A model generated the notes under the pieces. That model searched no databases. It was not told the DNA's origin and saw nothing but the letters and a program-made list of their open reading frames with translations. From an uncultured delta proteobacterium (GTDB lineage: Bacteria > Myxococcota > Myxococcia > SLRQ01), in contig CAVSGM010000001.1 of the NCBI GenBank assembly GCA_963727485.1, forward strand, positions 864,001-928,000: a stretch of DNA of 64,000 nt, read 5' to 3'. Shown here in pieces: positions 48,418 through 59,877 of the stretch (positions are counted from its first letter, which is position 1; every line of letters starts with the position of its first letter). The position numbers and the translations under genes were made by a program.

Positions 48418-49185
48418 ATGCACCTCGTCACCTGGAACGTGAACTCCATCCGCGCGCGCCTCGAGCGCACCCTCGAGTGGCTCGACGCCAACGCCCCCGA
48501 CGTCGTCTGCCTCCAGGAGCTCAAGGTCACCGACGACGACTTCCCGCTGGCGCCCTTCGCCGAGCGGGGGTGGCACGCGGCGACCCACGGGCAGAAGACC
48601 TACAACGGCGTGGCCATCCTCGCCCGCACCGAGCCGCGGGACGTGGTGCGCGGCCTCGGCGACGACGTGGACGACCCCCAGGCCCGGTTCATCTGCGCCA
48701 CCGTCGACGGGATCCGCGTCGCCAGCGTCTACGTCCCCAACGGCAGCGAGGTGGGCTCGGAGAAGTGGGACTACAAGCGCGCCTTCTACCGGCGGCTGGC
48801 GGCCTGGCTGAAGCGCAACGTGCGCAAGGACGCGCCGTTTGCCCTCTGCGGCGACCTCAACGTCGCCCCTGACGAACGCGACGTGGAGAACCCCGACCAG
48901 TGGGCGTCGACGGTCCTCTTCCACCCCGACGCCCGGGCCGACCTGAAGTCGCTCCTCGACACCGGCCTCGAGGACGCCTTCCGCCTCCACCACGACGAGG
49001 GCGGCCTCTACTCCTGGTGGGACTACCGCCGCCTGGGCTTCCCCAAGAACGACGGCCTGCGCATCGACCACGTGCTGGTGACCGAGGCGCTGGCCGGGCG
49101 GATCACCGGCTCGCGGATCGACCGCGAGGCGCGCAAGGGCCAGAAGCCCTCGGACCACGCGCCGGTCCTCGTCGAGATCGACTGA
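48418..49185 (+). CDS. xth: Exodeoxyribonuclease III
   Basis: TWNVNSIR, LQELK, GDLNVA, GLRIDH and SDHAP. Confidence 0.93.
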   Translation: MHLVTWNVNSIRARLERTLEWLDANAPDVVCLQELKVTDDDFPLAPFAERGWHAATHGQKTYNGVAILARTEPRDVVRGLGDDVDDPQARFICATVDGIRVASVYVPNGSEVGSEKWDYKRAFYRRLAAWLKRNVRKDAPFALCGDLNVAPDERDVENPDQWASTVLFHPDARADLKSLLDTGLEDAFRLHHDEGGLYSWWDYRRLGFPKNDGLRIDHVLVTEALAGRITGSRIDREARKGQKPSDHAPVLVEID

Positions 49186-49231
49186 AGCCCCGGCCGCCGG
49201 GCCCTGGAGGCGCCGGCGGCCCCAGGGCAGG

Positions 49232-49573
49232 TCAGCTTCCGGTGCTTCGGTCCTGGAGGCGGTCGGCGTAGGCCTTGAGCTGGCGCTCGGCGGCGCGGAA
49301 GGCGTCGTTGACCGCCGCGTAGACGTCCTCGTGCTCCGGCGCGGCGCTGCCGTCCCGGCCCACCACCAGCTCCTGGCCGGGGACGGAGAGATCGATGGCC
49401 ACCCGGAACTTGTTCCCGTGGCGGTGGCTCTTGTGCGGCGACTCGACCACCACCCGACACCCGGTGATCCCGGAGAAGATCCCGTCGAGCCTCGCCGCCT
49501 TCTTGTGGATGATGCGGTTCACGGCGTCGGACGGATCCATGTCTCGGTAGGTGATCTGGACGGACGCGGTCAT
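49232..49573 (-). CDS. hpf: HPF/RaiA family ribosome-associated protein
   Basis: QITYRDMDPSDA...HEDVYAAVNDAF; GGAGG RBS. Confidence 0.8.
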   Translation of the reverse strand: MTASVQITYRDMDPSDAVNRIIHKKAARLDGIFSGITGCRVVVESPHKSHRHGNKFRVAIDLSVPGQELVVGRDGSAAPEHEDVYAAVNDAFRAAERQLKAYADRLQDRSTGS

Positions 49574-49752
49574 CGTGACCTCCGGTTGGGGGGAGGCGGC
49601 GTGCCTCCCCAACTCCAGTGTGTTGCAGAGGGGGCCCGTCAGGCAAACCCGTCACGCCAAGGTGGCGAGGTGCGTAGGCGGCTACGCGCCCGGCCGCCGC
49701 GGGCTGGCTCGCAACGCACTGGAATCACGGTGGCCGCCGCCGCGACGCGCTG

Positions 49753-49768
49753 CGGCATGAGCCTTGCT
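49753..49768 (+). promoter_or_regulatory. Putative sigma54 -24/-12 promoter
   Basis: CGGCATGAGCCTTGCT; 15/16 identical to the site at 44885-44900. Confidence 0.6.
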
Positions 49769-49781
49769 TCGGCACCGGGGC

Positions 49782-50207
49782 ATGCCCCGCCGTGCCCAGG
49801 CCCGCCACCACGCCCTGCGCTTCAGCCGCAGCCTCGTCGTCGGGGCGGTGGCGACGGCGGTGGATCTCGCCGTCCTCACCACCCTGGTGCAGGTCTTCGG
49901 CGTGTCGGCGCAGTGGGCCAACGTCCCGAGCCTCCTCGCCGGGCTCACCGTCCAGTTCCTGGGGAACCGGACGTTTGTCTTCAAGGCGAACAAAGGCCGT
50001 CTTTCCAGGCAGTTGGGCGCCTTCGTGGCCGCCGAGGCCGGGGCGCTGGCCCTCAACGCCCTGGGCTTCGCGGCGCTGGTCGCCTGGTCGCCGGTGCCCT
50101 ACCCGCTGGCCCGGCTCCTGGGCGAGATGGTGGTCTACGTCGGGTACAGTTACCCCTTGTGGCACAAGGTGTTTCGGGACCCTCCGGTGACCGCCGGGCA
50201 ACCCTGA
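49782..50207 (+). CDS. GtrA family membrane protein
   Basis: VVGAVATAVDL, FLGNRTFVF and 4 TM segments. Confidence 0.8.
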   Translation: MPRRAQARHHALRFSRSLVVGAVATAVDLAVLTTLVQVFGVSAQWANVPSLLAGLTVQFLGNRTFVFKANKGRLSRQLGAFVAAEAGALALNALGFAALVAWSPVPYPLARLLGEMVVYVGYSYPLWHKVFRDPPVTAGQP

Positions 50208-50264
50208 TCGCGGCCCTGATCGGGACACTTTGCTTGGGCGCTCAAGGGGAGTAGGTTCCCCGCC

Positions 50265-51551
<1,287 letters not shown>

Positions 51552-51631
51552 TCTCGCGCCTCGCGGGTGTCCTTTCGGGCCGGCGTTCTCCACGTTGCGT
51601 GGGGCGCCGGCCCGCCTAGGTTTCGGCAACG

Positions 51632-52072
51632 ATGAAAGAGCTCAACTCGGATCCCGAACTTCGCCGCGTCCTCGAGTCGGTCAACACCATTGCCGTCATC
51701 GGGGCGCACTTCAAGCCGGAGCGGCCGGCCTACTACGTGCCCGAGTACCTGAAGGCCCAGGGCTACCGGGTGCTCCCGGTGAACCCGGTCCACGTGGGCA
51801 AGGAGATCCTCGGCGAGACGGTGGTCGCCCGGGCCGACGAGCTCTCCGAGCCGGTGGACATGGTCGACGTGTTCCGGCGCTCGGAGGCGGTGCCCGGCCA
51901 CCTCGAGGAGATCCTGGCGATGAAGCCCCTGCCCAAGGTGGTCTGGCTCCAGCAGGGCATCCGCAACGACGAGGTGGCCGAGAAGCTCATGGCCGCGGGC
52001 ATCGAGGTGGTCCAGGACCACTGCGCGCTGGCCGAGCACAAGCGGCTGCACGTGCCGCCCAAGGCCGCGTAG
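51632..52072 (+). CDS. CoA-binding protein (YccU-like)
   Basis: IAVIGA, PVNP, VDVFR and VWLQQG. Confidence 0.9.
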   Translation: MKELNSDPELRRVLESVNTIAVIGAHFKPERPAYYVPEYLKAQGYRVLPVNPVHVGKEILGETVVARADELSEPVDMVDVFRRSEAVPGHLEEILAMKPLPKVVWLQQGIRNDEVAEKLMAAGIEVVQDHCALAEHKRLHVPPKAA

Positions 52073-52081
52073 TATCGCGGC

Positions 52082-53242
52082 ATGAGCAAGCGCCACCCGG
52101 GAAAGCACAGGAAGCACTCCCGGCGCCGGTCCCCGCGGACGCCGGGGCAGGCGCCGGGGACCCTCGTCGCCGAGCCCGAGGCCGAGGCCCCGCGGATCAC
52201 GGTGATGGGCTACGGCCCCGACGCCTACGAGGAGGCCGAGCTCACCGGCGTCGCCGAGCTCGACCGCTTCCAGGGCAAGTGGCCGGTGCTCTGGGTGAAC
52301 GTCGACGGGCTCGCCGACGCCGCGGTCATCGACGCCATCGGCAAGCGCTTCGGGCTCCACCCGCTCGCCCTCGAGGACGTCCTCAACACCCACCAGCGGG
52401 CGAAGGTGGAGCAGTACCCCGACCACCTCTTCGTGGTGGCCCGGGTGGTGAGCCTCGGGGACGGCGGGCCCGAGGGCGAGCAGCTCTCGATCTTCCTCGG
52501 CGAGGGCTTCGTGGTCACCTTCCAGGAGCGCCAGGGCGACCCGTTGGACCCGGTACGCCGGCGCATCCGCGAGGGCCGGCCCCTGATGCGCGCCGCCAAG
52601 GCCGACTACCTCGCCTACGCCATCCTCGACGCGGTGGTGGACCACTACTTCCCCATGCTCGAGGCCTACGGCGAGTACCTCGACGACCTCGAGGACGAGG
52701 TCATCTACCGGGCCGACCGGACGATGATCAGCAAGATCCACAAGACCCGCCGGGATCTCCTCGCCATCCGCCGGTCGGCGTGGCCGCTCCGCGAGGCCCT
52801 CAACTCCCTCATCCGCGACGAGAACGTCCTGGTCGGCGACAACACCCGCATCTACCTGCGCGACTGCTACGACCACGTCCTGCGCATCGTCGACCTGCTG
52901 GAGAACGACCGGGAGATCACCTCGGGGCTCATGGACGTCTACCTCTCGAGCCTCTCCAACAAGATGAACGAGGTGATGAAGCTCCTCACCATCATCGCCA
53001 CCATCTTCATCCCCCTGACCTTCATCGTCGGCGTGTACGGGATGAACTTCGACCGCGCCAGCCCCTACAACATGCCGGAGCTGGGGTGGCGCTACGGGTA
53101 CCTGGCGACCTGGGGGGTGATGGTGGTGATCGCGGTGATCATGACCATCTACTTCTGGCGCAAGGGGTGGATCGGGCCGGCGGTGGAGCGGCCCCAGGAC
53201 GAGGAGATCGAGGAGGCCGGGGGGCCGGATCTGGGGGAGTAG
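52082..53242 (+). CDS. corA: Magnesium/cobalt transporter CorA
   Basis: LHPLALED, YGMNF and NMPEL. Confidence 0.94.
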   Translation: MSKRHPGKHRKHSRRRSPRTPGQAPGTLVAEPEAEAPRITVMGYGPDAYEEAELTGVAELDRFQGKWPVLWVNVDGLADAAVIDAIGKRFGLHPLALEDVLNTHQRAKVEQYPDHLFVVARVVSLGDGGPEGEQLSIFLGEGFVVTFQERQGDPLDPVRRRIREGRPLMRAAKADYLAYAILDAVVDHYFPMLEAYGEYLDDLEDEVIYRADRTMISKIHKTRRDLLAIRRSAWPLREALNSLIRDENVLVGDNTRIYLRDCYDHVLRIVDLLENDREITSGLMDVYLSSLSNKMNEVMKLLTIIATIFIPLTFIVGVYGMNFDRASPYNMPELGWRYGYLATWGVMVVIAVIMTIYFWRKGWIGPAVERPQDEEIEEAGGPDLGE

Positions 53243-53254
53243 GGGGGCCTGGCC

Positions 53255-53672
53255 CTAGCTGGACAGCGGCGCCCGGCTGTACTTGAGCCACCCCGAAGCG
53301 ACCACGCCCCACACGGCGTTGAAGAAGAGCACCATGACCGGCGTCAGCGCGCCGTGGGCCAGCCCGAAGTACCGGGCGCCGCCGTGGGGCATCAGGTAGA
53401 GCAGCGTCACCGCCGAGGGGCCCAGCGAGAAGATCGAGCCCCCGGAGGACCCACTTGCCCGGCGCCATGGGGAGGATGAACAGCGCCCCCCAGATGCCGC
53501 CCCAGACCATGCGCTGGTAGAGCCAGTACTTGGCCAGCGGCGGGGCGATGTGGACGCCGAGGGCCCCGGACCACCCGGCGTGGCCGAACCACCAGACCAC
53601 CAGGGAGTTGGCGAGGCCGCCGAGGGCGCCGGCGGCGAAGACGGCGGAGAGGACGAGGGCGAAGCGGCGCAT
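53255..53672 (-). CDS. Hypothetical membrane protein; frameshift near 53440
   Basis: WLYQRMVWGGIWG...FFNAVWG hydrophobic segments split over two frames. Confidence 0.65.
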
Positions 53673-53688
53673 GGCGTCTCCCGCCCGC

Positions 53689-55265
53689 TCACGATTCGGC
53701 GGCGGGCTCGAGTCGGGCGATGTCGTCTGAAGCCGCGACCCGCGCCCGGGGCAGGTAGCGACCGCCGTCGAGCTGCTGCAGGTAGCTGACCAGATGCTCG
53801 CGCAGCGCGCAACGCAGATCCCAGGCCTTGGAGGAATCGGCGGCGGAGACAAGGGCGCGCAGCTCGACGGTGTGCTCGGAGACGTTGGTGACCACCAGGC
53901 CCGAGGTCTTGCCGTCCCACTCGGCCCGGGTCTTCACGAAGCGGGTCACCTCGTCGCGGAGCTTCTCCACGGGCACGGTGTAGTCGGCGTAGAGGAAGAC
54001 GGTGCCCAGAAGGTCCGGATCCTTCTTGGTCCAGTTCTGGAAGGGGCTCGAGAGGAACCGATCGATGGGGATCACCAGGCGCCGGAGGTCCCAGACCTTG
54101 AGCACCGCGTAGGTGAGGGTGAGCTCCTCGATGGTCCCCCACTCGCCCTCGACGATGACCACGTCGCCGAGGCGCACCGGCTGGGTGATGGAGAGCTGGA
54201 TGCCCGCCAGCAGCATGGAGATGGACTTCTGGGCGGCGAGCCCGATGACGATCCCGGCGACGCCGGCGGAGGCGAGGAGCGAGGTGCCGAGGTTTCGCAG
54301 CCCCTGGAACTGGAGGAGGAGCAGGGCGCCGCCGAGGACCACCAGGATCACGTCGGCGACCCGGCGCAGGACCACGATCTGGGTCTTGGCGCCCCGGGTG
54401 TGCTGCACGTCGCCGCCGTGGTCGGCGAGGCGGGCCTCGAGGAGGTCGGCGATGAGCCCCACGCCCCGGAGCCCGGCCCAGGTGAGGACGAGCACCAGGC
54501 CGCTCTTGGTGACGTGGTCCACCGCGGACTGGGCGGGGACGGCGAGGTGGAGGAGGCCCGCGCCGGCGGCGAAGGTCCCCAGGCCCAGGAGGGCCTTCAC
54601 CGGGCCCGAGGCGGCGCGGATGAGCGCGTCGTCCCAGCTCACCTTGGTGCGCCGGGCGAGGCGCAGGCCCACGAACCGGAAGGCGGCGCCGAGGAGCAGG
54701 GCCACCACGAAGGCGGCGAGGAGCGAGAGGCCGAGGCCGAGCCACTGCCAGGCGTCCACCTCGAGGAAGCGCACCCGGAAGAACACCGGCGGGAGCACCT
54801 CGCCGACCCAGCCGACGCCGTAGCGGTCCCAGAGCCGGGGGATGGCGTCGACGGTGTCGGCGCTCACGCGCCAGGCGGGGCGGCCCTCGGCTCCGGGGCC
54901 CCGCTCGAGGCGGACGGGGACCTTGGCGTGGTCGACGGGGATCGTCACCGACGGTCACGGTGCCCGGGGGCGTGCCGGCGTCGGGGGTGTCGGGGACCTG
55001 CTTCCAGGTGATCCACAGGGTCTGGTCGAGGATGAGCTTGAGCTTCCAGGCGAGGCGGGGGGCCTGCTTCTGGCGCTCGGCGGCCGAGAGCTCGGAGAGG
55101 TCGAGGGCCTCGGCGGCCCGGGCGTAGTGGCCGGCCCGGGCCTGGTCGATGAAGGTCCGCAGGGCCTTCCGGGGGGTGGTCAGAATCCACCGGGTTGGCG
55201 GCCCGGGCGGCCGGGAGCGCGAGGACGAGGAGACAGGGGAGGGCAAGGCGCGCAAGAGGTCGCAT
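53689..55265 (-). CDS. MscS-family mechanosensitive channel with periplasmic domain; frameshifts near 55185 and 54945
   Basis: LLASAGVAGIVIGLAAQ, QPVRLGD, WGTIEE and FQNWT. Confidence 0.88.
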
Positions 55266-55359
55266 CAGGGCAGACCCTAGCCATTCCATGGGGTTCGGCA
55301 ACCATGTAAGGGCCCGGTAAGGCTGCCTCGCAGGATCTGCGTGCTACCTCCTAGACCTC

Positions 55360-55566
55360 GTGAAGCGCATGACCGCCATGGCCGTGGGGCTCGCAGGCCT
55401 CGTCTTCCTACCCGGTTGCCCGCCGAAGGGCGCCGCGGTTCCCCGGACGTGCACCCACCTGGGTCAGCAGTGCGACCTGGGCGGGGGCGTGCTCGGGGTG
55501 TGCAACGCCACCTCCACCGGCACCTGCGACGGAGGCCTCTGCCTCGTCTGCGCCCCCCAGCACTAG
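55360..55566 (+). CDS. Small Cys-rich lipoprotein
   Basis: Lipobox LPGC, six further Cys, ends CAPQH. Confidence 0.55.
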   Translation: MKRMTAMAVGLAGLVFLPGCPPKGAAVPRTCTHLGQQCDLGGGVLGVCNATSTGTCDGGLCLVCAPQH

Positions 55567-55600
55567 AGGCGCTCCCACCCGCGCCTTCTTGGAGAAGACC

Positions 55601-57163
55601 ATGAACGTACGCACCAAGATCCTCGCCGTCGTCAGCGGCAGCCTGGGCCTGATGTGGATGTCGCCGGCGCTGGCCTACAGCTCGTACCTCCGCGACGTCC
55701 CCAACAGCGGCGTCTACGGCTGCGCCACCTGCCACCGGACCAGCGGTGGCAGCGGCGCCAACGACTATTACAACGCGCTGTACCCGGGGAGCCCGAACTG
55801 GTCCTCGGACTACAGCCAGGACGCCGACAACGACGGCCAGACCAACGGCCAGGAGCTCGGCGATCCCTGCGGCAACTGGAGCCCGGGCGCCTCGCCCCAG
55901 TACACCACGGGCCTCTCCAACCCCGGCGTCGCCAGCGACACCAACTCCATCGCCGCCTGCGGCGGCGGGGGCACCACCGACACCACGCCTCCCACGGCGA
56001 GCGTCACCTCGCCCGGCAGCGGGCAGACGGTGAAGGGCACGGTGACCATCTCGATCTCCGCCACCGACGATACGGGCGTGACCCGGGTGGACATCAAGGT
56101 CGACGGCAACACCATCCGGTCGGTGAACAGCGCCCCCTACACGGCGACCTGGGACACCACGAGCCTCTCCAACAACACCACCCACCACATCTCCGCCGAC
56201 GCCTACGACGCGGCGGGGAACATGGGCACCGCCTCGACGGTGACGGTCACGGTCAACAACCAGCCGGCGGGCGACACCACCCCGCCCACGGCGTCGACGA
56301 CCGCCCCGACCGGCGGGACCACGGTCTCCGGGACCTCGGTGACGCTCTCGGCCCTCGCCAAGGACAACGTTGGCGTGGATCACGTGGACTTCCTCATCGA
56401 CGATGGCGTCGTGGGGACCGCCCGGACCATCCCCTGGTCGTACAACTGGGACTCCACGACCGTTGGCGACGGGCACCACACCTACAAGGTCAACGCCTAC
56501 GACGCGGCCGGCAATGTCGGCTCCTCGGTCGGCGTCGACATCGTCGTCCAGAACACCACCAGCGGTGGAGGCGGCGGTGGAGGCGGCGGCGGCGGTGGTG
56601 GCACCGGCGCCACCGACAACACGCCGCCCCAGGTCGCGGTGAGCTCGCCGGCGGCAGGCACCACGGTCTCCGGGACCAGCGTCGCGGTGGCCGCGGACGC
56701 CACCGACAACGTGGCGGTGACCCGGGTCGACTTCAAGGTCGACGGCGCGGTGGTGGGCTCGGTCCTGGCCGCGCCCTACAGCACCACCTTCGACAGCACC
56801 TTCTTCGCCGACGGGTCCCACACCCTGACCGCCGAGGCCTTCGACGCCGCCGGCAACGTGGGCAAGTCCACCGGGATCAACATCTCCATCAGCAACGGCT
56901 CCGGGACCGGCGGCACCGGCGGCGGCACCGGCGGCAACGGTGGTGGCACCGGCGGCAACGGTGGTGGCACCGACGGCGGGACCGGTGGCAACACTGGGGG
57001 CAACGGGGGCAACGGGGGCAACGGCGGCGGCACCGACGGCGGGGTCACCACCCCGCCCCAGGCCGTGGGCGGCTGCTCGGTGAGCCCGGGGCAGAGCTCC
57101 TCGGCGTTCCTGGCCCTCTTCCTCCTCGCCGGGGGCCTGATCTTTGTACGCAAGCGCTGGTGA
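55601..57163 (+). CDS. Surface protein: temptin-like/CXXCH domain, three Ig-like (Big_7-type) repeats, MYXO-CTERM-like anchor
   Basis: Signal peptide, CATCH, DADNDGQTNGQELGDPC, 3x D.TPP...AYDAAGN, and GGCSV + TM + RKRW. Confidence 0.8.
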   Translation: MNVRTKILAVVSGSLGLMWMSPALAYSSYLRDVPNSGVYGCATCHRTSGGSGANDYYNALYPGSPNWSSDYSQDADNDGQTNGQELGDPCGNWSPGASPQYTTGLSNPGVASDTNSIAACGGGGTTDTTPPTASVTSPGSGQTVKGTVTISISATDDTGVTRVDIKVDGNTIRSVNSAPYTATWDTTSLSNNTTHHISADAYDAAGNMGTASTVTVTVNNQPAGDTTPPTASTTAPTGGTTVSGTSVTLSALAKDNVGVDHVDFLIDDGVVGTARTIPWSYNWDSTTVGDGHHTYKVNAYDAAGNVGSSVGVDIVVQNTTSGGGGGGGGGGGGGTGATDNTPPQVAVSSPAAGTTVSGTSVAVAADATDNVAVTRVDFKVDGAVVGSVLAAPYSTTFDSTFFADGSHTLTAEAFDAAGNVGKSTGINISISNGSGTGGTGGGTGGNGGGTGGNGGGTDGGTGGNTGGNGGNGGNGGGTDGGVTTPPQAVGGCSVSPGQSSSAFLALFLLAGGLIFVRKRW

Positions 57164-57193
57164 CTAGGTAGATAGGCGACACCGTCAGCGCCC

Positions 57194-57235
57194 ACGCCCC
57201 GTCGTGCCCTCGGGCCCGGCGGGGCGTTTTTCTTT
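57194..57235 (+). terminator. Rho-independent terminator
   Basis: ACGCCCCGTCG...CGGCGGGGCGT stem followed by TTTTCTTT. Confidence 0.75.
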
Positions 57236-57314
57236 GGGGCCGGCCGCCTCTTGGGCCGCTTGAACTCCCCCCGCCGCGGTGCAAGATGGTGGCCTCGAAC
57301 CAGGAGACGACCCG

Positions 57315-57686
57315 ATGAACCTCGCACTGTGGATCGCCCAAGGGCTCCTCGCCGCGGCCTTCGCCATGGCCGGCCTGATGAAGACCTTCCGGCCCAAGGC
57401 GGCGCTCGCCAAGAACATGGGCTGGGTCGAGGACTTCTCACCGGGCTTGGTGAAGGCCATCGGCGTCCTCGAGCTCCTCGGCGCCTTCGGGGTGGTGCTG
57501 CCCTGGGCGCTGGGGATCGCGCCGGTGCTCACGCCCATCGCCGCCCTCGGGCTCATGCTGCTCATGGACGGCGCCGTGGTGGTCCACGTCCGCCGGAGGG
57601 AGCCGCCGCTGATGGTGCCGGCGATGGTGCTCGGGTTGCTCGCCACCTTCGTGGCGGCGGGGCGGTTCTTCGTGCACCTGGGGTAG
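57315..57686 (+). CDS. DoxX family membrane protein
   Basis: LWIAQGLLAAAF...IGVLELLGA...TPIAALGL...H; AGGAG RBS. Confidence 0.88.
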   Translation: MNLALWIAQGLLAAAFAMAGLMKTFRPKAALAKNMGWVEDFSPGLVKAIGVLELLGAFGVVLPWALGIAPVLTPIAALGLMLLMDGAVVVHVRRREPPLMVPAMVLGLLATFVAAGRFFVHLG

Positions 57687-57733
57687 GGCAGGGCGCCGGG
57701 GCCGCGCGCCGGCCCCGCCCCCGACGCTTCGGC

Positions 57734-58342
57734 ATGCTTCCCTCGACCCCAGACGACCTGTGCCCGGTGTGCGGCTGGGCCCTGCGCGAGGCGGCCTGGA
57801 GCGGCGGCGCGCCGTCCTGGGACACCTGCCCCGCCTGCGGGACGACCTTTGGTCTCGACGACGGCGCCGAGGCGGGCGTGCCGGACACCAACGCGGCGCG
57901 GGCGGAGGCGTGGGAGGCGCGGCGCGAGGCCTGGGTGGCGGCGGGGATGCCGTGGTCCTCGCCGGGTCACCCGTCGCCGGTGGGCTGGCGGCCCGGGCCG
58001 CTGCTGCGCCGTCTCGGCGGCGTCAGCCCCTGGGACCGCAGGGCCCTGGTGGACACCGCCGAGGGGATCCTCGGCGGCGAGGTGCCGGTGCCAGGCGGCG
58101 TCCGGTCCCTGGTCACCAGGCTCTCCGAGGTCGCCCCGGCGCTGCTGGAGTCGGGGCCCGGGCAGGGGCTGCGGGAGGTGGACTCGGCGCTGGGCGGCTA
58201 CCCCCAGGGCGAGGCGCGGTCCCTCTGGGACCCGGCGTACCTGGCGCGCCTCGACGCCGAGCTCGAGGCCTACCTGGAGCGGGTGCGGCCGTCGGTCGAG
58301 GCGCACTGCCGGGGGCTGGTGGCGCGCCTGGCCAAGGGGTAG
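57734..58342 (+). CDS. Hypothetical protein: CPxCG zinc-ribbon domain fused to a helical (DUF2489-like) domain
   Basis: CPVCG...CPACGTTFGLDD and YPQGEARSLWDP. Confidence 0.55.
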   Translation: MLPSTPDDLCPVCGWALREAAWSGGAPSWDTCPACGTTFGLDDGAEAGVPDTNAARAEAWEARREAWVAAGMPWSSPGHPSPVGWRPGPLLRRLGGVSPWDRRALVDTAEGILGGEVPVPGGVRSLVTRLSEVAPALLESGPGQGLREVDSALGGYPQGEARSLWDPAYLARLDAELEAYLERVRPSVEAHCRGLVARLAKG

Positions 58343-58415
58343 CGGGCGGGTTCAGGACGCCAGGGTCAAGCCCAGTGGTAGGCGCCGGCTCGTCGGCTTT
58401 GGTCGATTCTTCTGG

Positions 58416-58436
58416 AAGTAACGTTCGGCGTTACTT
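58416..58436. promoter_or_regulatory. Inverted repeat, putative AbiEi operator
   Basis: AAGTAACG-N5-CGTTACTT perfect 8-bp dyad just upstream of abiEi. Confidence 0.6.
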
Positions 58437-58446
58437 TCGCTAGGAA

Positions 58447-59134
58447 TTGACCGGAGGCCAGTACATGGACCTGGTGGCGCGGGGACGCCACCACTTCACC
58501 ACCGACGAGGCCGTGGCCGCGATTGGTGGCAGCCTGCCGGCCGTACGCGCCCAGCTCCGGCGTCTCAAGGCGGCCGGTCGCATCGCCACCCCAATGCGCT
58601 CGTTCCACGTGGTGGTGCCGCCGGAGTACCGCCGCCTGGGCTGCCTCCCAGCGGAGCAGTTCATCGACGCCCTGATGTCCGTCCTGCAGGAGCCCTACTG
58701 CGTAGGGCTCCTCTCGGCCGTCGAGCGCCATGGCGTGGCCCACCAGAGGCCCCAGGCCCTGCAGGTCATGGTCCGGCGGAATCGGCCGGCCATCACCTGC
58801 GGCGAGGTCCGCGTGCACTTCGTCGCGCGGCATGACCTCGAGCGCCAGCCGGTGACCCTCATGAACACCCCACGCGGGGCTGTCCGCTACGCAACGCCGG
58901 AAGTCACGGCCCTGGACCTGGTGGGCCATCCGGACCGCGCCGGGGGCGTGGACAACGTGGCCACCGTGATCGACGAGCTGGCGGAGGTGATGGATCCGGC
59001 ACGGCTCGTGGCGGCGGCGGGCCTGGCGCCGGTGGCGTGGTCAAGCGCCTGGGGTTCCTCCTCGAGCGGACAGGGCGCCGCGGTCTCCGCGCTGGAAGCT
59101 GTTCGTCAACGTCGACGTGGAGGCCGAGGCGTGA
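58447..59134 (+). pseudogene. abiEi: Type IV toxin-antitoxin antitoxin AbiEi, disrupted near 3' end
   Basis: VVPPEY, VGLLSA..HGVAHQRPQ and ATPEVTALDL. Frameshifts near 59040-59095; ends WKLFVNVDVEAEA*. Confidence 0.75.
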
Positions 59135-59877
59135 TCCGCGCGACTTCGTCACCGAGTGGCGGGCGCGCGCCCCCTGGGTACAGGACGCACAGGTCGAGCA
59201 GGACCTCGTCATCAGCCGGGCACTCGTCGAGCACTTCGGTGACGCGGGCATCGCGAGCCGCCTCGCGTTCCGTGGAGGCACCGCGCTCCACAAGCTGCAC
59301 CTGGCACCCGCGGCCCGTTACTCCGAGGACATCGACCTGGTGCAGGTGGCCGGCGGGCCCATCGGAGAGACGCTGGATCGGGTGCGCGGTGTGCTCGATC
59401 CCTGGCCTGGCGCGCCGCTGCGCCCGAAGATCGAAATGTACTCACGGGAGCACTTCACGTTGCTCGGGCACGTCCGCCAGCGATTCCACGTCGACAGCCG
59501 ATGGTTCTCCGGCGACTCGGAGATCACTACCTTCGCCCCGGACGAGCTGCTGGCCACCAAGCTGCGCGCTCTGTAGCAGCGCAAGAAGGGCCGGGATTTC
59601 TTCGACCTCTGGTCGGCGCTGGACCGGGGTCTCATCCAACCCGCGCGCCTCGTCGAGTGCTTCGGTGCGTACATGGACCACGGCGGGACACCGGTGAGCC
59701 GGGCCCAATTCGAGGCCAAACCTGGCGGCGAAGGCCGAATACCGGGACTTCCAGCAGGCCGTGTCGCCGCTCTTGCGGCCGGGGATCGCCTGGGAGTTCG
59801 CTCGTGCGCTGGACGACGTTCGCGAGGTGCTGTTGGTGTGGCTTCCGGGGGATCCCTGGAAAGGGGACGGCGGGTGA
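59131..59877 (+). pseudogene. abiEii: AbiEii nucleotidyltransferase toxin pseudogene
   Basis: QVEQDLVISRAL, FRGGTALHK, RYSEDIDL and KLRAL*QRKKGRDFFDL (TAG at 59574-59576), plus frameshifts. Confidence 0.8.

Noticed and set aside
59574..59576. In-frame TAG in abiEii as pyrrolysine or stop-codon recoding
   Set aside because: TAG is used as a normal stop throughout the window, and the gene has other lesions.
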